Shown: positions 10,601 through 17,004 of the stretch, piece after piece
Layout: each line of letters starts with the position of its first letter
How positions within the stretch are numbered: position 1 is the first letter of the stretch
Virus record (IMG/VR): IMGVR_UViG_3300000756_000036
Span: 1 to 28,238 of that record
Reading direction: 5' to 3' (one strand)
DNA: 28,238 nucleotides
Origin: a virus
Taxonomy: Duplodnaviria; Caudoviricetes
Position numbers and translations under genes: made by a program
Notes under the pieces: model-generated
What the model was told of the DNA's origin: nothing
What the model saw: only the letters and a program-made list of their open reading frames with translations
Databases searched by the model: none

Positions 10601-13600
10601 CGATTATCGTAACGAAACCAGGCAACGCAAACACCACAAGGGCGGCCCAAACAAAGGGAGCAGTCCTAACCCCAGAAGGCGACGTCGCCAACCACCGCGA
10701 CGCCGACCTAGCGAAGCGTGGCTTCATCACGCAAGAGGCTACCAAGATGCCGGCAGACCTGGCCGGCGCCAAGCTGGTCATCGAGCAGTCTGGAAGCACA
10801 GCAGACAATCTTAACAATCAAAACTTTGGCAAGGGCCGTGTAGTTCTAGACGGAAGAACAATTGCCGAATTCGACTTCCACGACTACGACGGAAACCGTA
10901 AGCTTGACCACATCCACGTCCAAAAGAAGCACCGTAATAAGGGGCTTTCAAAAGTAATCCAGGCAGAGATTATTGAGCGAGGAAAGCGCAGCGAAGAAAA
11001 CACCGCAGAAACGTACAGCGCGACCGTCAAGGATCCGCTCGATCGCCCGACGGCTGGAATGGTTTCTCTTCTTGGTGAAGAAAATGTAAACGACAATGGA
11101 CCGGATTACGCTGAATCTGCTCGCGGAGAATCTTATGCTTTCAAAGATCCAGACAACGGAGAATGGATTACAAAGACAAATGAAGTTAATGCAAACATCC
11201 CCAATCAGTACACGCCGGAGCAGCGCAAGCTAATCGCCGACATCAAGGCCGCATCGAAGGGCGACCCTGCAACTCTGATGGAGCGTGTCACCAAGCTTCT
11301 CGACCAATGGGAACGCGACGTGTTGGGCGATCCGGACAAGCCGATGACCAAGCTGTTGTCAATCAACCCACAGGCTTTGTCCGCATGGGCGTACCGCATC
11401 TCCAAGCTGATCGCCAAGACTGGCATGAAATTCGGTTCGTGGGCGAAGAGCATGGCCGGCAAGATGACCAAGCAGAACATGAAGGATATCTGGCAGCTTG
11501 CCAAGGCTATCGCCAAGACTCCCGCCGCCATTGCCAAACACTTCCTGGATAGCCGCGCCGACAAGCTGTGGGAATACTACAATAAGCGCAAGAATTCCGC
11601 AGAGATGCGTAAGCTTGCCAACCTTATCTTCACTAGGTCTGGACCAGACGCTGACGCCGAAATCACTACTACTGGACCGGACGGAAACCCTGTCACAGAA
11701 GCAGTCCGCAATTCCATTCCGCAGCGCATCAAGCAGATCCGCACCCAATTCGCCAACAAGTACTCTAATCTTCTAAACCGATTCGGTACTGAATTCGCCA
11801 ACATGAGCGAAGACCAGCGTAAGGCTTGGGACAAGGAATTCCGCCGCGCCGTGATCGGCCTTGACCCTCTGCCTCCGGGTGAAAAGGGCAAGGCAGTACT
11901 GGAATTCCGAGAAATGATGCAGGAGCTGCTGCAATACCAGCGCGAAGCCGGCATCGACATCGGTGACTCTGGTGCCGGATACTTCCCGCGCATCTGGTCA
12001 AGCAAGCTGATCCAGGAGAACATCCAGAAGTTCTACCAGGTCGCCAAGGAGATGTACAAGAAGCGCGATCAGCGTCTGCTCGATAAGGCCATCGCTGATA
12101 TCAATGACGGAGTTGACGCAGAGGCTGCCCGAAAGAAAGAACTTGATCTAGAAGCAAACCGTCGTGGGGCGAACCGTCGCATTAAGCCAGACTCCGAGTA
12201 CCAGCAGGACGCGCGCGATAACGCCAATGATAAGATCGACGCCCTACAGTCTGCACATGACGCCAAGGATGACGCGCACTACCAGTCGATGGCTTCGGCC
12301 TGGGCCTTGCGCGCGCAGACCGGACGCCTCGATGAAGTTACGCTAAATGACAATGGCATCAACCAGGCTAACGCACCAGACCATGCAGATCCTCGCATGT
12401 TCACGGACGAAGAAGCTTCCCTTGCCGATGAATTCCAGGACGACGACATCGACAAGACCGTCATTCGCTACGTCCACGCTGCGGTAAAGAAGTCCGAACT
12501 TGCCCGCGTGTTCGGAGAGAACGGAAAGAAGTTCGGCAAGATGCTTGAGCAGCTCCAGCGGGATGGATTCTCTGAAGAAGAGATTAAGCACATCGCAAAG
12601 CTGGTACGCCAGTCGCTCGACGTAACCTCCAACAAGCTTGAAGGATTTGAAGCCAAGTTCATGGACTGGGCTAACTTCGTCGTCGTCTCCGGTTACCTTG
12701 GGTTGAGCTATATCAACAACCTCTTCCTTGAACCTGTGTCGTACGGCATCCGCACCGGAAGCCCTGCCCTGGCCCTTGAGGCTGTGGTTCGCACATGGCA
12801 TCAGTTCGGACGCGAGATTCTGAAGTCAGTCAACGACTCCAACTTCATCCGAAAGCACTACAAGAACCGGAAGGAATTCGCTCGGTCTATGGACATGGCC
12901 CTTGCCGAGACTCTTGGTCTTACCCACGTCGAACTTGATCGCATCGCCCAGGACAGCCATTGGGACTTTAACGCTGACATGGAGGAAGCCGGCAGCCCTC
13001 TCGCCAAGTGGCTTACCCAGCGCGTACTAAAGGCTAACTTCATGGAGCAATCTGAACGCGCGAAGGTAGCCACTTCGATGGCTATCGCCAAGGGACATCT
13101 TTCCAATGTCGCCCGCACGTTCAACGGAGACTCATTCCTTCAGAACGTATTTTCCCAGACAGGCATGGACGTCACAGCTACGGCTGCCGCCAAGTCGATG
13201 CTCCGCGAAGCCGGCGTGGCGGACGCTGATCATGCTGACTTTGTAGCTTTCGTCACGTCCCTGCAAGGGATGAGCGACTCTGATTACGAAGCCGCCATAA
13301 TGAGCAACGAACGCCAGGCCATTATCTACCGCCAGGCATTGCAGCGTACCAGCACAGGCATGGCAATCAGCACGGACGCTTCGATGAAGACCGAAGGTTC
13401 TGACACTATCTTCGGCAAGATGCTGATGCAGTTGATGAACTACTCCTACGCCTACTCCCAGTTGGTGAAGGACCGTATGTACGACAGCGCCCTTGGTGCG
13501 TTCAAGCGTTCGACGCCGGCTGAACAGATTTCTGGCATGGATCGCGTGAAGTATATGATGCCGATGGTAGCCGGCGGTACTATGACCGTTATCGCTTCTA

Positions 13601-14025
13601 TCGCGACAAAGGCTTTGGTTGCGTCGATGTTCCCTTCCGACTCTGGAGACGAATGGATGGAGAAGGATCCCATGATCCAGGTCTTGGACGCAGCTTCCTA
13701 CGCCGGCATGTTCGGCAAGAAGTTTGAATACCTGTCACGCATGGTAATCCGTGAGCAGGTGCCAATGGGTCCGATCCCGGAGGCTGCCGGCAAGGCTGTC
13801 ATCGCCGCCTCTTCAGCCATCAAGAAGGAGGGGGACTCCGACCGCGCAAACTACAACGCCTTAAAGTCAGTCCAGCGTACAGGCTTGAATCCTGTCGTGG
13901 TAGGTGGGGCTTCGGCCTTCAATCCTGTGGCCGGTGGTGTGGCTAACTACATTATGCGCGACCGGGACTACAGCGACGCTATCCTTGAGGGTCTGACTGG
14001 CGTAGAAAAACCCAAGAAGAAGTAA
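4633..14025 (+). CDS. Giant (3130 aa) polyvalent internal virion/DNA ejection protein with putative glycosylase-like, ADP-ribosyltransferase-like and GNAT domains
   Basis: Uninterrupted ORF with NPFDAFD twice at the N-terminus, hydrophobic Gly/Ala segments and Pro/Ala linkers. Enzymatic-looking motifs lie at about 8300-9300, 10190-10620 and 10830-11010. The helical C-terminal region contains YFPRIW. Confidence 0.85.
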   Translation: MANNPFDAFDTPAPKQPANPFDAFDAPAEQPVVNQPVSQPVSQPIVQVEKPTPVTAAPSVADAFKLATPNDPQLAAPGAGVLLPQPAMRGIGGGQRQLGQSLNPQAETVGAFESLINSGLSSWYGKDMASAENNFFALLAEEAKLAEDVASFDPTKLPSQDSYQGFGGQGGISATWQPEPLKVLAAKQFALDDVRKRIVEARKEKDEMEKTMSGIEGRSARMQAFQDAANKEDIGGAAKLLKGRYGANTAEVGANMFLESAWPSAKGALVDAGKAIASLFTAAPTLGAGPAMIYGGGAAAQGGMAGRDAYVGNKAQNFKEWLQKNGVDANDEDAVIALRNSNPAAYKAALDAADNQALAAGAAEGAVTGGFSLIPGVGSMKAVGKNKGVQWILKNGVPVAVEMLKEGAEEAVVSAASQLSAIAAGSDKPFSGKQVVFAGTGGALAGGMGDVSMKAGGGVLKAGYQAARGQPAPAAPGAAQPPPAAAPVAPVAPTPAPRVAGEVVPPAPAPVAPVAPAAEAAPAAEAAPAVDPTIALQEQLNAANEVLSAYEAEKAKAEFEVEAANAALKDDPENADKLEAARLAQATLDGKNAGFEAATDQVRDITAQLEAAPAPTATPVATPAPAAAPVAPAPAAAVEPPAPAPTPAPAPAPTPAPAATPAPTPTPAPATPAPAYAGGDPRQDPRFDDLRADVKTELRKLFARLEEQEAKLADMKAKNNKTEQKEEQIRRTKAAIAAKLGDAAPAVAPTPAPVAAPAPTAQAAPAPAVAPAPAPAVAPAPTAQAAPAPTAAATPAPAPTPAPATPAPATQTAAENNVEPAPVYPGDKAPVVKRKAWSELYQKWRAEYSKTHFDDGTPRVAITIPGPTASAKPAATQKPNADGDPRNDSRFDALPLESRSAINVAYNKVINDQKQRDRTSIAGRSTKKLDDSIARNKAEIERLLANQRNAPVNPNAAPIDPTAGDQTYDYDETPAAPVVTPAEPVAEVAPAAEPAAATEVAPDATAKEDSKAVAQARVQLANLEKAGKGDSKQANKLRKKIEEASKGGSLAQAELDLDAEIRDFTDNNRTNDIVGLGGQFSYLVVKKMALMIARGVKDFPSVAKSIKESFGNIDQKKLKELFNKALSIAGKNATETVQNLKEFNKTNAPKFDEGSEEISTRQPTSKKAPEDFVAQKLIIGTDALNSTESVAKKSADAVASYPNMRPVEGETARETNERFIKMVKENLIWLHNQVPPAVRARSKLWYDGANKMANEFSKKYNATASQVAGVMAALSPQKDWFMNVALAEYVLKVASEHKNDPFSQEMYDRAASMMTKPKKGPERPLFKPQQLAAIKKLIGTKYKDMDLSQKALFTRIHSETYTDRSYHILAPEGNRLNLARTSEGELSRYGWGSMREVKKAIACIEDGSLANISSQMGKEHKVRNFYNNIIAPNSKDGHVTIDTHAVAAALIRPLAGKSIEVKHNFGSSGADKVVGVNGTYALYAEAYRQAAAEVGVLPREMQSITWEAIRGAYPKEFKGAKNVAAINKIWNSYKNGNISLAEARQKSIDVGKKFTDKNGGGIANYSWLGQQSEFRPDDGLSPSDVNAGDTRELPGDSVPGGSAGSVPSGTGSTTSTGTANQQSGRDAGVGSDATVKGWAKTVAAAQRDKPEAAMLAAQKVVKGGIVNYAIEHAGDILHRVYQSLSQSGTDPSFGYETVKSKVDRILRNFRLEGIDTEADFWAKEKEQHDMEVASGKEGVPSWEQRKQEITEKMKQFAAEHDSLPAENDLQATVKSINVALGNLDFQAAIEGMNKLKQKLESQDSWRNYAREVGSNTEENAGNKSQSKAVLTPAGGVAQVTGDTDRLNGHQGGFETDAYHASEESFNSFDDKNPRAKVYLALGAEDGIKQFGKKVGKFTVRSQNPINILPGKDGKLSEDAVTFLKDFWRQYLKGRRDEGGRSLGQQDLISLAKDGYLFNEHDTAQGDMENFAFKSGYDAIVMLDVSSAGSPIIVTKPGNANTTRAAQTKGAVLTPEGDVANHRDADLAKRGFITQEATKMPADLAGAKLVIEQSGSTADNLNNQNFGKGRVVLDGRTIAEFDFHDYDGNRKLDHIHVQKKHRNKGLSKVIQAEIIERGKRSEENTAETYSATVKDPLDRPTAGMVSLLGEENVNDNGPDYAESARGESYAFKDPDNGEWITKTNEVNANIPNQYTPEQRKLIADIKAASKGDPATLMERVTKLLDQWERDVLGDPDKPMTKLLSINPQALSAWAYRISKLIAKTGMKFGSWAKSMAGKMTKQNMKDIWQLAKAIAKTPAAIAKHFLDSRADKLWEYYNKRKNSAEMRKLANLIFTRSGPDADAEITTTGPDGNPVTEAVRNSIPQRIKQIRTQFANKYSNLLNRFGTEFANMSEDQRKAWDKEFRRAVIGLDPLPPGEKGKAVLEFREMMQELLQYQREAGIDIGDSGAGYFPRIWSSKLIQENIQKFYQVAKEMYKKRDQRLLDKAIADINDGVDAEAARKKELDLEANRRGANRRIKPDSEYQQDARDNANDKIDALQSAHDAKDDAHYQSMASAWALRAQTGRLDEVTLNDNGINQANAPDHADPRMFTDEEASLADEFQDDDIDKTVIRYVHAAVKKSELARVFGENGKKFGKMLEQLQRDGFSEEEIKHIAKLVRQSLDVTSNKLEGFEAKFMDWANFVVVSGYLGLSYINNLFLEPVSYGIRTGSPALALEAVVRTWHQFGREILKSVNDSNFIRKHYKNRKEFARSMDMALAETLGLTHVELDRIAQDSHWDFNADMEEAGSPLAKWLTQRVLKANFMEQSERAKVATSMAIAKGHLSNVARTFNGDSFLQNVFSQTGMDVTATAAAKSMLREAGVADADHADFVAFVTSLQGMSDSDYEAAIMSNERQAIIYRQALQRTSTGMAISTDASMKTEGSDTIFGKMLMQLMNYSYAYSQLVKDRMYDSALGAFKRSTPAEQISGMDRVKYMMPMVAGGTMTVIASIATKALVASMFPSDSGDEWMEKDPMIQVLDAASYAGMFGKKFEYLSRMVIREQVPMGPIPEAAGKAVIAASSAIKKEGDSDRANYNALKSVQRTGLNPVVVGGASAFNPVAGGVANYIMRDRDYSDAILEGLTGVEKPKKK
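6030..7070 (+). repeat. Pro/Ala/Thr-rich low-complexity coding repeats (APAPTP-like) in three blocks
   Basis: Blocks at about 6030-6230, 6460-6660 and 6860-7070, visible in both DNA and protein. Confidence 0.9.
9236..9520 (+). CDS. Candidate nested (overprinted) small acidic protein in the +1 frame of the giant gene
   Basis: Frame open 9026-9520 with ATGs at 9236, 9278 and 9365. The C-terminal half (DPTMDFLRATSTPVTRENYLEIAYLGEAPDPFPAELEALLPPELQ) looks globular while the main frame there is a G/S/T linker. Start uncertain. Confidence 0.55.
   Translation: METSPSQKPDKNQSMSGRNSPTKTEEASPITAGWDSSPNSDPTMDFLRATSTPVTRENYLEIAYLGEAPDPFPAELEALLPPELQINSPEETQE
10113..10689 (+). repeat. Direct repeat pair (10113-10143 and 10659-10689) flanking the ART-like domain
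   Basis: AGCAGTCCTAACCCCAG is exact over 17 nt, and 27/31 nt are identical overall. The copies encode AVLTPAGGVA and AVLTPEGDVA. Confidence 0.85.
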
Positions 14026-14029
14026 TCGG

Positions 14030-14058
14030 TTGACCAATGTTGGGTGTTGTGGGAGGAT
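14030..14058 (+). promoter_or_regulatory. Putative sigma70-type promoter
   Basis: TTGACC-17 nt-GAGGAT, 9 nt before ATG 14068, just after the giant gene stop. Confidence 0.4.
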
Positions 14059-14067
14059 GATCTCGCA

Positions 14068-14403
14068 ATGCCCAACATTGATACCGACGCCCTGGCCGAG
14101 AAGCTCCACGCTGATCTCGGCCTACAGACTGAAATGGGACGCGAATACCTCCGCGCCATAATTCCCCTAGCCCAGCTTATGGACCGTAAGCAGCTGGACT
14201 ATGGGAGTAGCAATATCAGTTTGAACGGCGAGTTGGGTGTCATGGTCCGCACCCAGGATAAGGTAAGCCGCATCCGGAATCTCCTCACCAGGGAGATGAA
14301 GGGCGAGCCGGCTGCCACCAATGAACCGATTATCGATTCATGGTCCGATCTCGCAAACTATGGCGTTATTGGCCTGCTCCTACGGAGCGGCAAGTGGCGC
14401 TAG
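14068..14403 (+). CDS. DUF1599 / nucleotide-modification-associated domain protein
   Basis: Motifs RKQLDYG, VRTQDKVSRIRNL and NEPIIDSWSDLANYGVIGL. ATG 14068 is preferred over TTG 14044. Confidence 0.8.
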   Translation: MPNIDTDALAEKLHADLGLQTEMGREYLRAIIPLAQLMDRKQLDYGSSNISLNGELGVMVRTQDKVSRIRNLLTREMKGEPAATNEPIIDSWSDLANYGVIGLLLRSGKWR

Positions 14404-14409
14404 ACCTAG

Positions 14410-14775
14410 ATTAGCACCGGCCAAGAGAAGGCCGCCTGGCTAAAGATATACCGGACCGCAAATCCGGCGAGATACCTTCTCGGCCTAGCCAAACAGAGGG
14501 CGTCCCGGTCCGGCCTAGAATTCGATCTAAAGCCCTCCGACATCCCGATTGGCAAAGTATGCCCAGTACTGGGCATAACCTTTAAGAGGGGTGTAGACGG
14601 CACTCCAATCGACAGCTCCCCTACCATTGACCGGGTCGATAATTCCAAGGGTTACATAAGGGGCAATGTGGTGGTGGTTTGTTACCTGGCTAACCGAATC
14701 AAGTCTTCGGCCAATGCCCAGCAACTGGGCAAAGTCTATAGGTGGCTGAAACGGTTGACCAAACCCCAGTCTTGA
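14410..14775 (+). CDS. HNH/His-Me finger-type endonuclease-like ORF lacking a canonical start (missed by the ORF track)
   Basis: Manual translation gives ...YLLGLAKQRASRSGLEFDL...CPVLGI...SPTIDRVDNSKGYIRGNVVVVCYLANRIKS... It has 121 open codons and the first codon after the stop is ATT. Confidence 0.7.
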   Translation: MSTGQEKAAWLKIYRTANPARYLLGLAKQRASRSGLEFDLKPSDIPIGKVCPVLGITFKRGVDGTPIDSSPTIDRVDNSKGYIRGNVVVVCYLANRIKSSANAQQLGKVYRWLKRLTKPQS

Positions 14776-14782
14776 TGACAAT
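14755..14782 (+). promoter_or_regulatory. Putative sigma70-type promoter for the membrane/lysis cluster
   Basis: TTGACC-16 nt-GACAAT, 9 nt before ATG 14792. Confidence 0.4.
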
Positions 14783-14791
14783 GGTTGGACT

Positions 14792-14929
14792 ATGCTATTC
14801 GCCTTCATCACGTTGGTCATCGGATTTGCCTGTGGCTTTGCCGCCGGCGTAAAGAACGCCAACTCATCCAAGGTCGATAAGGCCGTGGACATCCTCGACG
14901 CTCTCAAGGGCAAAGCCAAAAAGAAGTAA
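14792..14929 (+). CDS. Small (45 aa) single-pass membrane protein
   Basis: Manual translation MLFAFITLVIGFACGFAAGVKNANSSKVDKAVDILDALKGKAKKK. Its stop abuts the next start at 14930. Confidence 0.75.
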   Translation: MLFAFITLVIGFACGFAAGVKNANSSKVDKAVDILDALKGKAKKK

Positions 14930-15649
14930 GTGCGGTACGCCCTGCCAGTCGTATTGCTTACGCTGGCGGGATGCTCGTCCACGCCAGAACTGCCTGTCCA
15001 GCCGCCGGCTCCGACCAAGGCTGACGCAGTCACCACCCTGGGAAAGGACTTGGACAAGACCGACCATCGTGTCGGTGCTGCCCTGGTCGCCATTGAGCGG
15101 AACGCAGACAAGCCGAAGGTAGTGGTAGCTGAATCTCGCCTAGCCCAATCATACTTACCTGTCCCCCCGGAGCAGGACGTTTCGTTTAGCTTGGCGCGCG
15201 CGGCCAAGGGTAGCGAAATTGACTACGCCAAGCAAATGGCCTTTGGGCGTCAGCTGGCGACGGCGGTGAATAAGGCATGGGAACGCCTAGAGGCTGACCA
15301 ATCTGAAGCCAAGAGGGTGTCTGATTTAAAGGACAAGCGGATTGCCGAATTAACACAGGAGGTAGTTCGTGTTAAAAAGGAAGCGAGTAATAACGCTTGG
15401 ACCTGGATTGCTGGAGGGCTGGCAGTAGCCGGCGCGCTGGCAACCTCGTTTCTAGGTCCAAAGATTGGGCTGCCGCTATTACTGTGCGGGATGCTGTGCG
15501 GTGCGGTGCCGTTCATTTACGATTCAGAATATTTTGCCATTACCGCAGGTACTACGATTGCCGCTTCATGTGGACTAGGGCTGTGGTGGCTGTACGACCG
15601 AGTTAAAGACTCGGTGAACGAAAATGAAAAGACCGAAGATAAAAATTAA
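14930..15649 (+). CDS. Lipoprotein with coiled coil and C-terminal transmembrane helices (spanin-like candidate)
   Basis: Signal peptide with lipobox LAGC, a helical middle region and about three hydrophobic segments near the C-terminus. Confidence 0.7.
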   Translation: MRYALPVVLLTLAGCSSTPELPVQPPAPTKADAVTTLGKDLDKTDHRVGAALVAIERNADKPKVVVAESRLAQSYLPVPPEQDVSFSLARAAKGSEIDYAKQMAFGRQLATAVNKAWERLEADQSEAKRVSDLKDKRIAELTQEVVRVKKEASNNAWTWIAGGLAVAGALATSFLGPKIGLPLLLCGMLCGAVPFIYDSEYFAITAGTTIAASCGLGLWWLYDRVKDSVNENEKTEDKN

Positions 15650-15884
15650 TTTTAAGGAACTGGGCGAACTTCCGCCCACTAACAAGAACGACACCGACTT
15701 CGGCCAGGCCGACAAGGTTACCGGAGAAGTAACTTTAGATCCTCGTCAGCCTGCATTTGAAATGCTGGATTCTGCCGTCCACGAATTTCTGCACGTTGCG
15801 AATCCATACGCAGGAGAAAAGAACGTAGCAGCCACGGCTACGATTATTGCTGAAGCCCTATGGAGAATGGGTTACCGCCGATGA
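15624..15884 (+). CDS. Small HExxH zincin-like protein
   Basis: VHEFLHV motif preceded by beta strands and followed by GEKNV; minimal zincin pattern. Confidence 0.6.
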   Translation: MKRPKIKINFKELGELPPTNKNDTDFGQADKVTGEVTLDPRQPAFEMLDSAVHEFLHVANPYAGEKNVAATATIIAEALWRMGYRR

Positions 15885-16192
15885 GTGAACCAGAAGACAG
15901 CTTTATTGACCAACTTCGCAACGGAGGGTTGTGGGCGGCCATCATTGGTATGGCCGGCATGATCGCCAGGCTGTTACTTTCAACTACCCCTGGCATGACA
16001 TGGGGCAAGGCCGCGCGGTATGTACTAGCAGCCGGCATCGTCGCATGGATCGTCGGCCAGGGGCTGAACGATGTTGGCATGACGCAGGGACTGAAGGATG
16101 CCTGCATCGGCATTGCCGGCGCCTCTGCCTCCCAGATCGTTGACTTCTCAATCCTGTGGGTGAAAGCAAAAGGCGCTAAAATTAAGGGTTAA
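15881..16192 (+). CDS. Putative holin
   Basis: About 103 aa with three hydrophobic segments and a basic C-terminus. ATGA overlap with the upstream stop at 15881-15884. Confidence 0.65.
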   Translation: MSEPEDSFIDQLRNGGLWAAIIGMAGMIARLLLSTTPGMTWGKAARYVLAAGIVAWIVGQGLNDVGMTQGLKDACIGIAGASASQIVDFSILWVKAKGAKIKG

Positions 16193-16233
16193 TAGTAGCT
16201 TTCAAAAAAAGCATAGTAAATTTAAAGTGGTGA

Positions 16234-16262
16234 TTGACGCACCTACACCCAGTAGGCATACC
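16234..16262 (+). promoter_or_regulatory. Putative promoter/operator of the replication operon
   Basis: An AT-rich tract (16190-16226) is followed by TTGACG-17 nt-CATACC. The spacer holds the inverted repeat CCTAC-N5-GTAGG (16242-16256). Confidence 0.45.
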
Positions 16263-16284
16263 CCTTTCCATCGGACCCAACACC

Positions 16285-16572
16285 GTGGACATCAAACTCG
16301 ACATTCAAAAGCTGGTCGCCTACTTCGGCGGTCGCATCAATCTCTGGCGCAAACTCAACGCCGCCGGCTACAAGCTATCCGTTAAGACCATTGAGAAGTG
16401 GTCCGAACGTGACAGCCTTCCGGCTCACCGCATCGTCCAGTTAATGGACCTTGCCAAGCGCGATGGCCGTGTCATCGATCTAAACTCTTTCCTGCTGAAC
16501 TCCGCCCCCAACGCCGAGACGAAGCTTTCCCCCAACCGACATGAAAAACAAAAAGTCCGCAGCAGCCGTTAA
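16285..16572 (+). CDS. Cro-like HTH DNA-binding protein
   Basis: Pattern LVAYFGG...LSVKTIEKW...LP. First gene of the operon; start reassigned to GTG 16285. Confidence 0.6.
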   Translation: MDIKLDIQKLVAYFGGRINLWRKLNAAGYKLSVKTIEKWSERDSLPAHRIVQLMDLAKRDGRVIDLNSFLLNSAPNAETKLSPNRHEKQKVRSSR

Positions 16573-16987
16573 GGCTCTCACGGAGATGGATGTCTCGGAA
16601 CTCCGAGACGCCGCCTCCATTCAGAACAACATCGTCGAAGCCGCCAAGGCTCGACTTGCCGACGTCCAGTCGGAACTGACCACCCGGTTCGCCGACGTGA
16701 TCAAGTTCGCCTTGGAACAGGATGGCAAGACCCACGGCCAGCACACCTTTGAGTCCGAGGGCGTCAAGCTCACGTCCGAGGTTCGCGCCACCGTCAAGTG
16801 GGACAGCACCAAGTTGGAACTGGTCGCCCGGTCCCTGCCTTACGACCAGGTCCAGCGTATGTTCAAGATCGAATTCTCCGTGCCAGAGAAGACGTTCCAG
16901 GCTGTCACCGAGAACGCCCTCCGCGACAAGCTGCTCGACGCCCGCACGGTCAAGTACAGCGACCCCAAGTTCACCTTCGTTTCCTAA
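16541..16987 (+). CDS. Conserved phage hypothetical protein (recombination module)
   Basis: Strong C-ending codon bias, N-terminal coiled coil and VKWD motif; lies upstream of the Sak4-like ATPase. Confidence 0.7.
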   Translation: MKNKKSAAAVKALTEMDVSELRDAASIQNNIVEAAKARLADVQSELTTRFADVIKFALEQDGKTHGQHTFESEGVKLTSEVRATVKWDSTKLELVARSLPYDQVQRMFKIEFSVPEKTFQAVTENALRDKLLDARTVKYSDPKFTFVS

Positions 16988-17004
16988 TCTCCCAACCCAA
17001 CAAC

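Noticed and set aside
11096-11233. Second possible nested +1 ORF (45 aa, MDRITLNLLAENLML...) after the GNAT-like domain
   Set aside because: It is short, has no recognisable motif, and the main frame there looks protein-like, so support is insufficient.
14406-15207. Minus-strand ORFs of 80 and 226 aa
   Set aside because: They are antisense to better-supported plus-strand genes (HNH-like, membrane protein, lipoprotein).
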